Positions 1 through 32,061 of a stretch of DNA of 64,000 bases are shown here, piece after piece (positions within the stretch are counted from its first letter, which is position 1; every line of letters starts with the position of its first letter). The stretch comes from Lingula anatina (taxonomy: Eukaryota; Animalia; Brachiopoda). The stretch spans positions 12,152,001 to 12,216,000 of the forward strand of contig CM120640.1 in the NCBI GenBank assembly GCA_051362555.1. The letters are read 5' to 3'. The notes below the pieces were generated by a model. That model was given only the letters and a program-made list of their open reading frames with translations. It was not told the origin of the DNA and did no database searches. Made by a program: the position numbers and the translations under genes.

Positions 1-357
1 TTTCGTTTATAAGGCCTGTAGACAGTGTCATAGGAATTACGGACGTTGCAAAGAATTTCAGTAGTATGTCGAATTTGATGGTAGAACAATGTCCATATAT
101 TTCCCCGTGCACTCTTTATTCCAATAGGAGAAAAAGTATAGACTTTCCAACCCCAAGCCGGACATTTTCATTGGGGGATGTTATAGTGAAATATCATGTC
201 TTTCTGCAATGCCAAGAGAAAACTTCTGTCATTTACTTCGACTGCTAGTGACAGACATATGTTACTGTACCATCAATGCCCATTCAATATCAAAATATGA
301 TGACCAGAAATAGATGTATTGTTTAAAGCTAATATAAAATTTTCTACATTTTTTTAG

Positions 358-3300
358 ATTTTCTGGCATCAAAATCAAGACAGAGGTAAGCGAAACAGCA
401 CAACATATACACATGGGATTATTTTCTTTTTCTTTTCATAAGATCTTGTAACAATTCTCAGCTTTTAAGCATGCAAGGTTGTCTGGTCAATATAAAGATG
501 TCTATATAATTTTTTAAAAAAATTACTAGCGGTTGGATGCTATTAATTTCACTTATCTACCTGATAGGACGTGTGCTGAACACGATGTTAAGACCCCTAG
601 AGGTAAACGCTAATCCTTATCTGTGGTAAAGTATGTTAACTTGATGTCCGTGGGTCACCTCTTGACATCGCTTGTCATCCTGATCACACTTAATCACTCC
701 ACATAACCGAGATACCAGTCCTTATATCAAGTATGACACCTACTGATATATTTTGGTCAACAGAAGGCAGTTAGGCCCTTAACTGTCTTTATATTTCTTT
801 CTTTTTTTTTTCAAAAAATAAGTTAAGAATACAGATAAAAAACTCCATTTATTCTTTTTAATCTAAAAAAAAACTGATGTCGATTTCTCTACTCACAAAT
901 GGAATCATGTATTTAGACCTGCAAAGAATGCAATGCCGACATGAAATCCATAACAGATGAGACAAGCACTGGGCTAGAAAATTTCACACGCGCATATCAT
1001 TCTTACACTGCTGCCAAGATTCCATTCTCATTCTTACCAAACATTATATACATATATGTCGTTATACATCATATAGGCCTAAATCAACCCTTCATGAGAT
1101 ATATTTTACCCCAGGGATCAAGTCGTAAGTACTCTTTGAGTTCCAAGACAGGGACTCTTCTCCCAGAATTCCCGGACCCCAGTAACCTGGTTCTGCCAGA
1201 GGGCGCCAGTGAGGAGAAGGTCCACACCTTTGTCATGATGTACAGGACGCACTGTCAGCGGATACTGGACACTGTCATATCTGCTAATTTTGACGAGGTT
1301 AGCTTTTTGTTTTGTCATGGTGAATCAAAAAGACATTGATGTCAGTTTAAAGCTTTTGTGCTGGTACATCAGCAAAATTTGAGAGAATTGAAATGAATAA
1401 ATTAAAAACATATATAAAATAGTTTTTAAAGGAAAAGTGCTTACTTTAGAACATTTTACGCTTTTAAAAGACAATGCCTTCTTGATTTGTTTCTTTTTCC
1501 CGATATTTTAAATGGCAATGAAATTTTTGACGCCTTACGGTTATATAACTCACAATAGTCACATTATCGTAGGTGCAAAACTTCCTGCTCCACTTCTGGC
1601 AGGGAATGCCAGACCACCTGCTGGAGGTGCTGGAGCTGGACGTGATCACAGATCTTGCAGGACTCTCAGACTCTATTTTATACAAGGTAAGGATTACATA
1701 TCTCTACAGAGATCCCCTATAACTATCGTACGCTGTTTTATACTAGTCAAGTTTTTTCTGCACTTAAGTAGATATATATACCTTCTTAATTTTTTTATAA
1801 GCAAATTGTTACTGTCTACTGATTTTTTTATTTTATTTTATTTTTTTTTTATTTCTCATTTTACAATTCGTTTGAAATTAAACGTCCGCATTCAAAGTGT
1901 TTTCTTTTTTTATTGAATTTAATAAATATTTTTTCTCTAAAAGCCGATAACCTTATCACCTTTTTCCTTACGTATCTACAGGTGCTGACGGACGTACTTA
2001 TTCCGTCCACTATTCAAGACTTGCCAGACAGGTAAGACGCATCGAAACACTATAACTTTGTTAGAATACTAACACCGGCCCAAAATATAAGAGTTGTGGA
2101 TGAAATAACATTTTTGCTGATCGATCGAAAGATGACAAATGAAAAACAGCAGCCATTTGTTTGCATGAGTTTAACCGTTAAGACAGAGGTACGATTGCTG
2201 GGTCAGGATTAGAAGGGGAGGTCCACTACCGAAGCCCACCGAGTGTGTTTCTTTTGAACTCAATGAGACACTGTAATCACTTAAAATCAAATTGCCATAG
2301 TACAGAAAATATTGCGTAAAGTCGCTCAAAAGCCAAAGAGATAAACCTAGCATCATGTTTTGCAGAATAATACAAATGGGATGTATAAAAAACAAATACA
2401 AATACAAATGGGATGTAAAACAAACTATTGGCACAGCATATGTTCCGACATAATAACCAATGACACGACGGTTTCTGTTTATTTTCAGTTTAAGTACAGA
2501 AATTCGTGTGTTTACAAGAAAAATTCCCGGTTGGCTTGAAAATGCCATGGAAAACGTCCCGGAAAAATTGAAAAAGAAAAAGATGTCAGGTAACGATTTT
2601 TCCTTTCCAGGTCAAATTAGGTCACTCTTAGCATCTGGCACGTTTATTATTAGTAAACGCAAACATTAATCCGCGAATAAATAAAACCAGTGCAAATATC
2701 ATGCGGTCGATTATTAACCTTGTTGCGGATTACTATTCTTTTATCCGAACCGCTGTTTGTTTAAAATATGACTCAATATAGCAGCGAATTTTGAAGAGAC
2801 GACTTAAATACTTCATTGGCGCTCATTTATCCATCTTTTATAATCAATTTTCAGTTGTTCGAGAATTCGTACACAGTATTCGAAGGCAGATCTCTTTTAT
2901 ACACCTTGCTCAGGTAAACTCGCATTACGTTCAAATCACATCTTTTTTTATCCTCATATGTACTTTCTCTTTTCGTTTTTATACATTATATGCTTATATC
3001 TATGTTCAACTTCACCACAAACATTATTGTGTTAGTTGAGAGAATGAAACAGGTCCTACGGCTGACTTTTTCCACAGCTACTGCATTTTATTACCGCGTG
3101 TTCTGTGAAATATTAACAGTACAGTAGCAAACATTAAAATACAAGCTGCCAATAGAGTAAAAATAAAGTAAAATACATTTCTATCCTTTTTGTTTTTGGG
3201 ACATGTCTATTATTTAGATTGTGTAGTTCTTCATATATCATGCTAGTATTTTGGTTATTTATGGAATAGTGAAAACAGAAGTAGACCTTAAAACAATTGC

Positions 3301-6184
3301 ATTTATTACTAACAAAAAGATAAAGATATTTATCAATATTGTTTCCAGACAGCTCGTTCCGTCCTACTTAGCCATGAAAGCGTTAACCAAATGGTTGATG
3401 ATCTCGCCGCCGTGGAGTTCGACAAAATCTTCTTCCAAGCTAGTTTTATTGATAACACACTAATACAGAAAGTAAAAGAAAATGTGTATCACTGTAAGTG
3501 GATTACTAATACTTTGCATGGATTAATATTTTTCTGCAGAAAAAAGTGGATTTTGTTAGTCATTTTAGGCGTGTTCAGAACAGGTTTAACGTAAGCCGAA
3601 AACAATCTAACTGCTTAACCGCCTATTTGCTCAAAAGAAAGTGAAAGTATAAGATCCATTGGGGGCACTTTGGGAGTTCCTATGTGAGCTGTTGGACTGA
3701 TAACGCCAATAAAACTATTTCGAGTTTAAATAAACCCAGTTCCGAACGCTGTTTGGCATCATCTTTTTTCCATGTCTTCATCATATATTTATCATTGCAT
3801 ATGAAAGGAATCAACTCTTTCACTTAAGTAAAGTCCTACATTCAACAAACCAATGTGTTATGTTTCCATTCACAGTCTATGGTGAGCTGAAGATTTTGAT
3901 GAAAAAGCAGGCGCCAATAGAGAGTTACACCGAGTGGATGGACGGGGTCATTGATACGTGTGTTTTGCAGGTGCGTAGGTTTTTCTCTTTCTTTGATATT
4001 TGTCGAATTTCGTTATTCAAGCCAATTGCCCAAGAAAAAGAACAATGCCATCTCCCACGAATAAGATTGGTTGTCTTCCTACAGACTTTTCTGGGTTAGA
4101 AATATGAGCCCTTTAAATGGTCCTCAGTCTTGCTTGTTTTAGATCGTAAACAATTTTATCATTTTGCGCGTTTTCAATTATTTTCTTAATATTTGCAGCG
4201 TAGTATTCTTATTTTGATCTTATTTTTATGTTGCGATTGCGTCTTTATACCCTCTCTCAAATACCCGTTACCATTTAATATTTTATCCTTCCTTTTTTCA
4301 GGAAAGCAAATCTAGAGGCCGCAGTTTTAAGGATTTGGCGTCCGAGTTTCTCTTGCTGTGGTCTTTGTTCGGTTCCCTCATAGTCCGTGATCTCACTTTG
4401 CACAGCGCGGCTAGTTTTGGTAAGTTAGAGCATTGAGACAGTACAATCATTTAACAATTTACAATTTGTATATTATTATTGTTATTGTTATTGTTATAAT
4501 ATTGTACAAATGAGCAATACACGTACACATTCCCAAAATGAAGTGAAATCAATCTTTTCTATTGCAATATAAACTGTTAGCATTATAGCATGTTTAAAAT
4601 CATATACATAACAGCCAAATTGTTAATTGTATTTTTTTCTAAATTTAAACGTACCTCATTGTATTTTCTATTTTGTTTTCAAATCTAGATAATTATTATT
4701 GTTTATACAAATAAAAAATAGGGCTCGTCCGGGAGTTGAACCCGGGACCTCTCGCACCCGAAGCGAGAATCATACCCCTAGACCAACGAGCCGCTTATTT
4801 CATAATAATTCATAACCAATATTCATGCTTCTTTATAATTTTACCTCACCTCCCCTCCCCTCCATATTAAAGCGAAGAAGTTTTTGGCCGATAGGATTGA
4901 AAACAGCACCCGTCACAAAACATGCTCCCTGAATTGATGTCTAAATGCCACCATCTTTTCAGGTCCCTTCCACCTTCTGCACATAATGTTTGACGAGTAC
5001 GTTTTCCTCGTCATGGAAACACAACAGGCTCAAGTGAGGGAAATGGAATTACAGCAAGCTGTCAGGAAGTCTATGAAAAATGGAGGTAGGCCCTATGTAT
5101 AATATATTCACTAGGGAATTTTTCCATTCCATTTTTGCGTTTTCAAAATTTTCGCCTGACGAGTGTCAGATATTAGTTTACATGTATTTCCGTCAGCATC
5201 TGGCATTAAAAACTTTATACATTGGAGGTGACATGACGTTGAAAGCGTTTTCTACCATTGTTCCACTATTTTGTAGGTGAAATAGTTATGCATGCCAAAG
5301 TTCGTACAGCTTCGAAGAGCGGAGATAAAAGTAAAAAACGAAGGCACGAAGAGGACACCGAAGATAACGGTAAAATATAAAACCATTGCATTTGTAATAT
5401 TTCAGAACAACACTTTGGCCTTTTATCCTATGTAACATTTAATTGGGTCGTATGTCATTTTGGATTTTCCAGTAGCTTCTGTTAAAATTTATTAATCTAC
5501 ATATTTCAGCACAAGATTCACTACGAGTGACAGAGCACCGACCGAGCGTTTTGGCGCCGTTTTCACATTTAAATGGCACTGCCTTTGCCAGGCCATTTCC
5601 AAGCAATTTTCATCGAGACTCCAGTGGTTATCTTTTGGCGGACGATCCAAGCCGTGCCACAGCCATGCCCCAGAACTCTGTGTCAATATCTCCTCTTAAA
5701 CAATACCCGTCCATCAGTACCACCCATTTTGACAGAACTAGTTATTTCTCTCATTTATCATTCGGGGGTCTACCTGATTACTCCGGTTCTACAAATTCAT
5801 TCAGAGTTCCAAGTTACCCCGACGCACATGCGCACGGACAAGCTCTTGGAAACTTTAGCATGCCACCAACTACGTCACCTTACTGGAGCGAGGCCAGGAA
5901 TCATTCGTCGCTAGCTGACCCCTATGGATACAGTACATACAACAAATATGCAGGCTCTCTTGCAGATTCGTACAGTAAAAATTCAGCTTTGTTGAGCGGG
6001 ACTAGACATTATCAAGACTCTTTTGGCTTCAACAGATCTCCCTTTGAAACGCCTAGATCACTTTATACAAGACCCCACGAAACTTTCAATGGTAAGTCAG
6101 ACCACTCGTAGTTACAGGTATTCATGATTGCACCGTCCCTATCTTTTAAGTCACTTTGTGACGCAAGTATACGTCTGAATATCA

Positions 6185-6231
<47 letters not shown>

Positions 6232-6458
6232 ATTGCTGAGTTTGCTAATGTTTGATATATTTTTCAGGTGCTCCACTTTCCATGCAATCATACGGCGGAA
6301 ATTTTATGGAGATTGCCCCATCTAGTGGACCAGCGCCAAACCAATATGGCCGTCAGGATCCATTGTTACAGGCCCAGGAAGATTTTTATAATTCCAACAT
6401 GTCTACGGCGTTTTCTGCCTACAATTACAATAAACCTTATATGACGCCTTTTAGATAA
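358..6458 (+). CDS. RFX4/6/8-subfamily transcription factor, 5'-truncated (DNA-binding domain exons lie upstream of the window); B, C and dimerization domains plus S/Y/P-rich tail
   Basis: Phase-consistent GT-AG exons: 358-385, 1115-1297, 1573-1686, 1982-2031, 2489-2589, 2855-2913, 3349-3493, 3876-3970, 4302-4419, 4963-5085, 5277-5369, 5510-6091, 6268-6458(TAA). Translation has RFX motifs [65 protein letters not shown]. Confidence 0.93.
4721..4792 (-). tRNA. trnP-CGG: tRNA-Pro, anticodon CGG
   Basis: Reverse complement GGCTCGTTGGTCTAGGGGTATGATTCTCGCTTCGGGTGCGAGAGGTCCCGGGTTCAACTCCCGGACGAGCCC is a 72-nt canonical metazoan tRNA-Pro cloverleaf with A/B boxes, followed by a T-run Pol III terminator (A-run near 4713-4718 on +). 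Confidence 0.97.
6186..6230 (+). repeat. Poly(A) run of about 45 nt in the last intron of RFX gene 1
   Basis: Directly visible homopolymer. Confidence 0.9.
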
Positions 6459-6891
6459 ATATTCTAAGACACTAAGTCCATTCCAACCAAGCAGGTGCTT
6501 TTGTGTTGTATTGGAACCACAAAGTTACTCTGCGGAAGTCTTCTTGAAGTTTGCAATGTATTTGAAAATTGATTTTCTTGGCTTAAGCTGACATTCATCA
6601 TAAGCGACAAAATTTTGGAAAGGACCATGTAGAGCTTGATCGAATCGATGTTGCAACATATATAGTCAATTTACGAAAACAGTTTAAGAACTTTATTCTG
6701 AATACATCGATCCGTGCTATGTCCAGCGAGTTTGTTTGAATCATCTACGTAATAGAATGGTTGGGAAATACATCTGAGGGGGAAAACAGGAGATAAATCA
6801 GTAAAGGCAATTTTGTTAGTTTACAAAAGAGAGCCAAAATGTTCGTGGTTTTAAACATCTACTTTTTGTTCAATTATCATAATGTTTGAAA

Positions 6892-7199
6892 CAGGGTTCC
6901 CAGCCCACCTGGATATCTGGGAGACCCTAAAAGGCATCCCCTTTTTCCAGACGGGGAAGTCATGGAAGAAGAAAAAAGTTCTTTAATGCGACAAAAGATC
7001 AGGAAATTTTCTTTGGCCATACTTTCTTGGCTTATGTTCATACCGAACAACTCATTTTCAAGCTTTGAGGTCTACAATAGATGCTTAATCAGCATGTTTA
7101 AAGCAAGAAGTCGGTCAGAATCCTGGAATTTTAACTTACATCAGGGAAATATCAGGAAACATTGGGGTATTTTGTTCCCATAAGAATTTGGAAACCCTG
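6892..7199. mobile_element. MITE (about 308 bp) with CAGGGTT(C/T)CCA terminal inverted repeats
   Basis: Left end cagggttccca, right end tggaaaccctg; flanked on both sides by TGAAA (6887-6891 and 7200-7204), an apparent 5-bp TSD; no coding capacity. Confidence 0.65.
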
Positions 7200-7778
7200 T
7201 GAAAACTCCCTTTGAACATGATTAATAGAGACAGAACAGTTCGACAACGAGCTAATGTTTATGCTATTGCGGTTGGGTAACATAAACGTAGTTTATAAAC
7301 GATGCTAGTGGCCATCATAAGCAGAATACTTTCGTAGATTTTTCAAAATCTTTGGTAGCCAATTGAAGCATGTGATTCATCTTTAAACGCTAGTAAGCTT
7401 ACACAAAAATAACTGGTGACGTAAACGCGATAATTGCAGTAGCTGTGTCTCACTGATTGTGCCCACAAGGGAATGTACAAATGGAGATTGCAGAATGGAA
7501 CTTCCAGATTCTTCTCTCAAATTGCAGTTTCTCTTTTATCACTCACGTTCTTTTTAGAATCTGTTATCTTGTATAATCAAGTCAGATTACCAATTTTATG
7601 TTAAAAATGTATTTTTCGTTTTGAAATACAGGCCTATATACATTTTTGTTACCACAAATTCGATTTTTTTTACTCCTGTTTCTCATGTTCAAGATCACTT
7701 AAGTGTTAAAACATTTCCAAACATTATTTTCCCACAGGGTAAATTTATACGAAAAATAAGGTTACATACGGGTGATGG

Positions 7779-7780
7779 AA

Positions 7781-7857
<77 letters not shown>

Positions 7858-7860
7858 TTT
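7779..7860. repeat. A20-(TA)25-T12 self-complementary microsatellite
   Basis: Visible; the A-run and T-run flank the TA repeat, forming a palindrome. Confidence 0.9.
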
Positions 7861-8419
7861 AATATTTTGTCTAAAACGTCGAATCTAGTTTTTTTCAGAC
7901 AACGAATCCCTCGAGAGTGAATGTCACACCGAAACATCTTCAAAACAAGATGCTATCTAAATATGTTTTTTACGTAAATAAAAAAATGAATGACAGTCCT
8001 GGTCGTACAAATACATCCAGATCGCGTAGAAAATCAATGTATTGCACCGGTTTGATTTCCTTCTATTTCTTATTCCACATTTTATTTTACCACACGATTA
8101 GACATGTATTCTGAGCACCCTTTAGCCTTAAAATACAACAGTCGATGGGTAAAGAGAGCCTCCTTATTCTTCAAATTATTACACTATATTCATGGCAGAT
8201 TTAAATTATTATTGGAACCGTTTCGTTTATTTATATGAATTTTTCTAGAAACAGAACACACGTTACAGAAACATTATCTGGTATTTTCAATGAATGATAT
8301 TTATATTTTTCCTCTTGCAATTTAACATTTTGCACTTGTTAACAGTTAATTTCATCACGCAAAACAAGCGAATAACATTTCTGCCATTAAATAGAAATTA
8401 ATTTTCCTTTGGGACTGTA

Positions 8420-9020
8420 CAAACAATGTGGCAGCGTTGAGATTAGCCCTTATCTCTCTCATTTATAACCGTATCGCTCGCCTTGAGTATATAGACTCTG
8501 ATGACGTCACCCATCAGGCCGGACAAGTTTTATGGTGCGCTTTTCCCTAACTTGTAACTTCTCACCGTTATCTACTGACCTCAAACACGCAGCGAGTACT
8601 ATATCAGGTGTGAGAGCGACTCATTCAGCTACAGTGGGGCTTCAGGTGCATATCGCAGCAAGTCTACCGCTAAATTACGTCACAGAGGCACACTATCCTG
8701 TGCACAAGACTTTTCTTGGTTCCGTGGTACTTTGGAACAACTGTTTCAGGTGTTGCGAACTCTAATGGTACCATCAGTGCGTGTGTCAACCAAGTAAGGG
8801 ACTTCCTCGCCAGCCCAAAGAGAAGGCTCAACTTTTGACAGCTCTTGTGTATCCGATTTCATCCAGGAGGTCATTGTTTACATAATTCGCACCAGAACTT
8901 CCCTTTCCATAAGAAATCTAAAATATAGCAACAGATTTCAAACTGTGATATTCGAACTTTGAATATTACCCGTTCACGTTTGTGCACCTAATATTGGACG
9001 TAATGCAGAGTTGAACGAGA
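8420..9020 (+). promoter_or_regulatory. Probable RFX6 promoter/5'UTR with perfect CRE (TGACGTCA 8502-8509) and several CAGGTG E-boxes
   Basis: Locally higher GC/CpG stretch directly upstream of the ATG at 9021; motifs seen, function inferred. Confidence 0.4.
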
Positions 9021-29061
<20,041 letters not shown>

Positions 29062-31094
29062 GAAAGGAGATTAAAGGAGGCCTTAAATTTAATGAATTCG
29101 CATTTTTTAAAGACTGAAACTAGTTAACTCTGTATGAACAGAACAAGGGTTGGTGAGAGTATTTTCACCCACTTAATTTTTTTTATGGCATTTGGCTCTC
29201 TTTGTACATTTGTATTTATAAATGCGTGAGTAGCGAAGATATAGATCTGTAAAATGCTGTGTATTTAGGCTGTCCCCTTCAGGAAAGGTATGCATGCTCA
29301 GTAACGATAGCAGTGACCATAAACATTATTTATATACACGTATGTATGTTAACCAGTGTGTTATATGTACTAGTAGAAAAAAAAGCTGACATGTAAAGGA
29401 ACCAATGCAAATAGCTGTACTGAATGTAGGCATCGTGTGGCAAGATGCACATATCTCATTTGGAACCATTCCGTCTGTCTGGGCATTTCTGTCTGACAAT
29501 TTTCGCCCAGACTAAACCAACAAATTTTGTCTTGCAACATTCCATGGAGGTCATCACAGATGACTCTTTACTTTGCAATAAAAAGATCGAACACTTTACA
29601 GGGCACCAATCGGTCGTGCAATGACTCTTAACCGTTGCAATGCTTCTTTTACCTTAATGTGTGAATTCGACGAATGCTTCTCTGGCATGATTAGCTGTAT
29701 TACATGTCTTTAGCTTTTTAAACATAAATGACCAACGACAATTTACATGACCAAGTAGAGTAATCGTACCGTCCAGTTTTGTGATTATTTTATGCGCTTT
29801 CAAACTATAAAATTAAGGGTTTATTACAATGTGAATTTATGTAAATGCGCATCGCATTTAATATATGTGAATAAAATTGTTACAACAGCTTTATATTCAG
29901 TTTAAAATTACAGTGTGTGAAAATGTTTTAAGGTGAAATACATTTACTTGAAGGTACTGCACGATAAGTGCGGACAGCTGATTCTATATCGGTTTCCTCA
30001 CCATTTGAAAACCATGGCCGTGTGCCCATATGCATGTAGAGTGTACATGGAGAATATGTACAGGATGTGTGAATTAAGGAATAATCTAAATGTCCGGGAT
30101 TGATAAAATACTATAATTGTCCACAGCACTTATATTTCCCTCCCTCCTGCCCGAGACACTGAATCCGCTGTGGTCCATTGAGAGAGAACACAATGTGAAT
30201 GCACAGCATACAATACTGTGAATGACACAAACCAATCTTTGTGAATAATTTATTTCCTTTTGAGCATGTCCCTACAACATAAAATTAAAACTCCATAAAA
30301 TAATTGCACTTGTTTAACAAGCTACTTGACCATTTTACTATACAGATATTTACACCCTATACCGCATTTATAAAATGAAGTATCAACAAAATGATATATT
30401 ACAAGATAACAATAAATCAATTACTAAAACATAACTGAGGTATCGAACCTCACATGAGATCTATGCATCTCCTTGAAAGAAAGAACACGAATTTGTAAGA
30501 TTCAGTTAGATTCCCTGTTGCACCTTATGTGCATTTCTGTGTTTGGACACTGATATTAAGTTATTTGGTTTGCAAAATCAACCTGGGTTCCTGGATTCCT
30601 ATTTGGTATCTGACGCAAGGCGTGGACAGCATCAGTGAGAATGGCGTGAAACTATCCATAAAATGTAAAACGCAATGATTTAAAATGAAAAATGAATCAG
30701 CTGCAGATTGCCTTTAACCACTCCATAATTTTTATCAAATAAATAATAAACCAAAAGTACTTATATATTTACTCACCAGGACATATATTTGTATTACACT
30801 ACATGATAATGATGTCTTATGTAACCGTAATGTATAGTACAAGCCATATATTGTCTTGGAAACACAAATATAGGTCCCAAATAAAGAACTAATACTTAAC
30901 AGATGGAAGCTTTCTATGTTCTATGTTTCGGTGAATAAACTGGAATTTACAAAGATGAAAAAAGACCGTACCCATGCACCAAAACTATTTTGAAAGTGTC
31001 AAAAAACCCTTTTGGTTAAAACCCACAAAAACCATACTCAAGTTCCAATTTTATACGTTTGCAATGCACTGTAAAAAAATCCACCCAAAATAGG

Positions 31095-31989
31095 TCAGCA
31101 GCAGTTCTTTTTCTTCGTCTCTCTTTTGGGGGAAACATGGAGCTGAAGTCCAACTGATTTGACCTCTATGTCTTCGTTTGTCTTCATCCACCTGAAACGA
31201 CACACCGTGTGTCATTTAAACCTATGCATTTGGGTGTTTTATTTTATTATATATATATTTATTCTAGGTGGTACATGTACCGGTGGTGCTACCGTGTTCT
31301 ATTTCAGAAAATATTCTTTCGCGTAACGAAAAACAATGCCACGCTCGAGGACATGTACCAGGACGTGTATGAATTAAAATGAAATGGGCAGTTCCTTAAG
31401 AGTCAGCATTCTCATTTGTCAAATAGCCATTCATATGCGAGAGAAAGATTAAAGATTTTCCTGTAAGTATTTATGTAATCCAAACATACAAATCAACAAG
31501 GTACCTTGCAAGTTCCGTGACAGCTTCACAGATATTCGACCCCTCTTTGGCACTCGTCTCAATAAAAAGAGAGTTGTACTCCTGTAAACGAATTTAATTA
31601 TGAGAAATCAAGAACCTCTGACCTATTCTAACCAATCCACTGACACAGGAATGGGTCATAGGCAATGTCTTCATAAGACTGTTCCAAATTACGCTTAAAA
31701 GAACTAATAAGCGTATGGGTAATGCTCATGCTACATTTACCAAACTTTCTGTGAACATTCGAAATATCGATAAGAGTTAACAAACAGTTGCAAGCAATGT
31801 TCTTTAAATCGTACTGCTGTTTAACATCTTTTCCTTATAACTGAAGTCCGCACAAACTTACTCTAGCCAGTCTCTGGCCGTCCTCAGCAGTAACAACCTT
31901 TTTACCATCTGCCTTCGCTTCCTCTCGCGCATCTGTTTTGTTTGCACACATCATTATCGGGATTTGTTTTTCAGCACCATCCTACATAA

Positions 31990-32061
<72 letters not shown>

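Noticed and set aside
7621-7943. ORFs with IYIYIY runs (also 31938-32252)
   Set aside because: Artefacts of (TA)n microsatellites.
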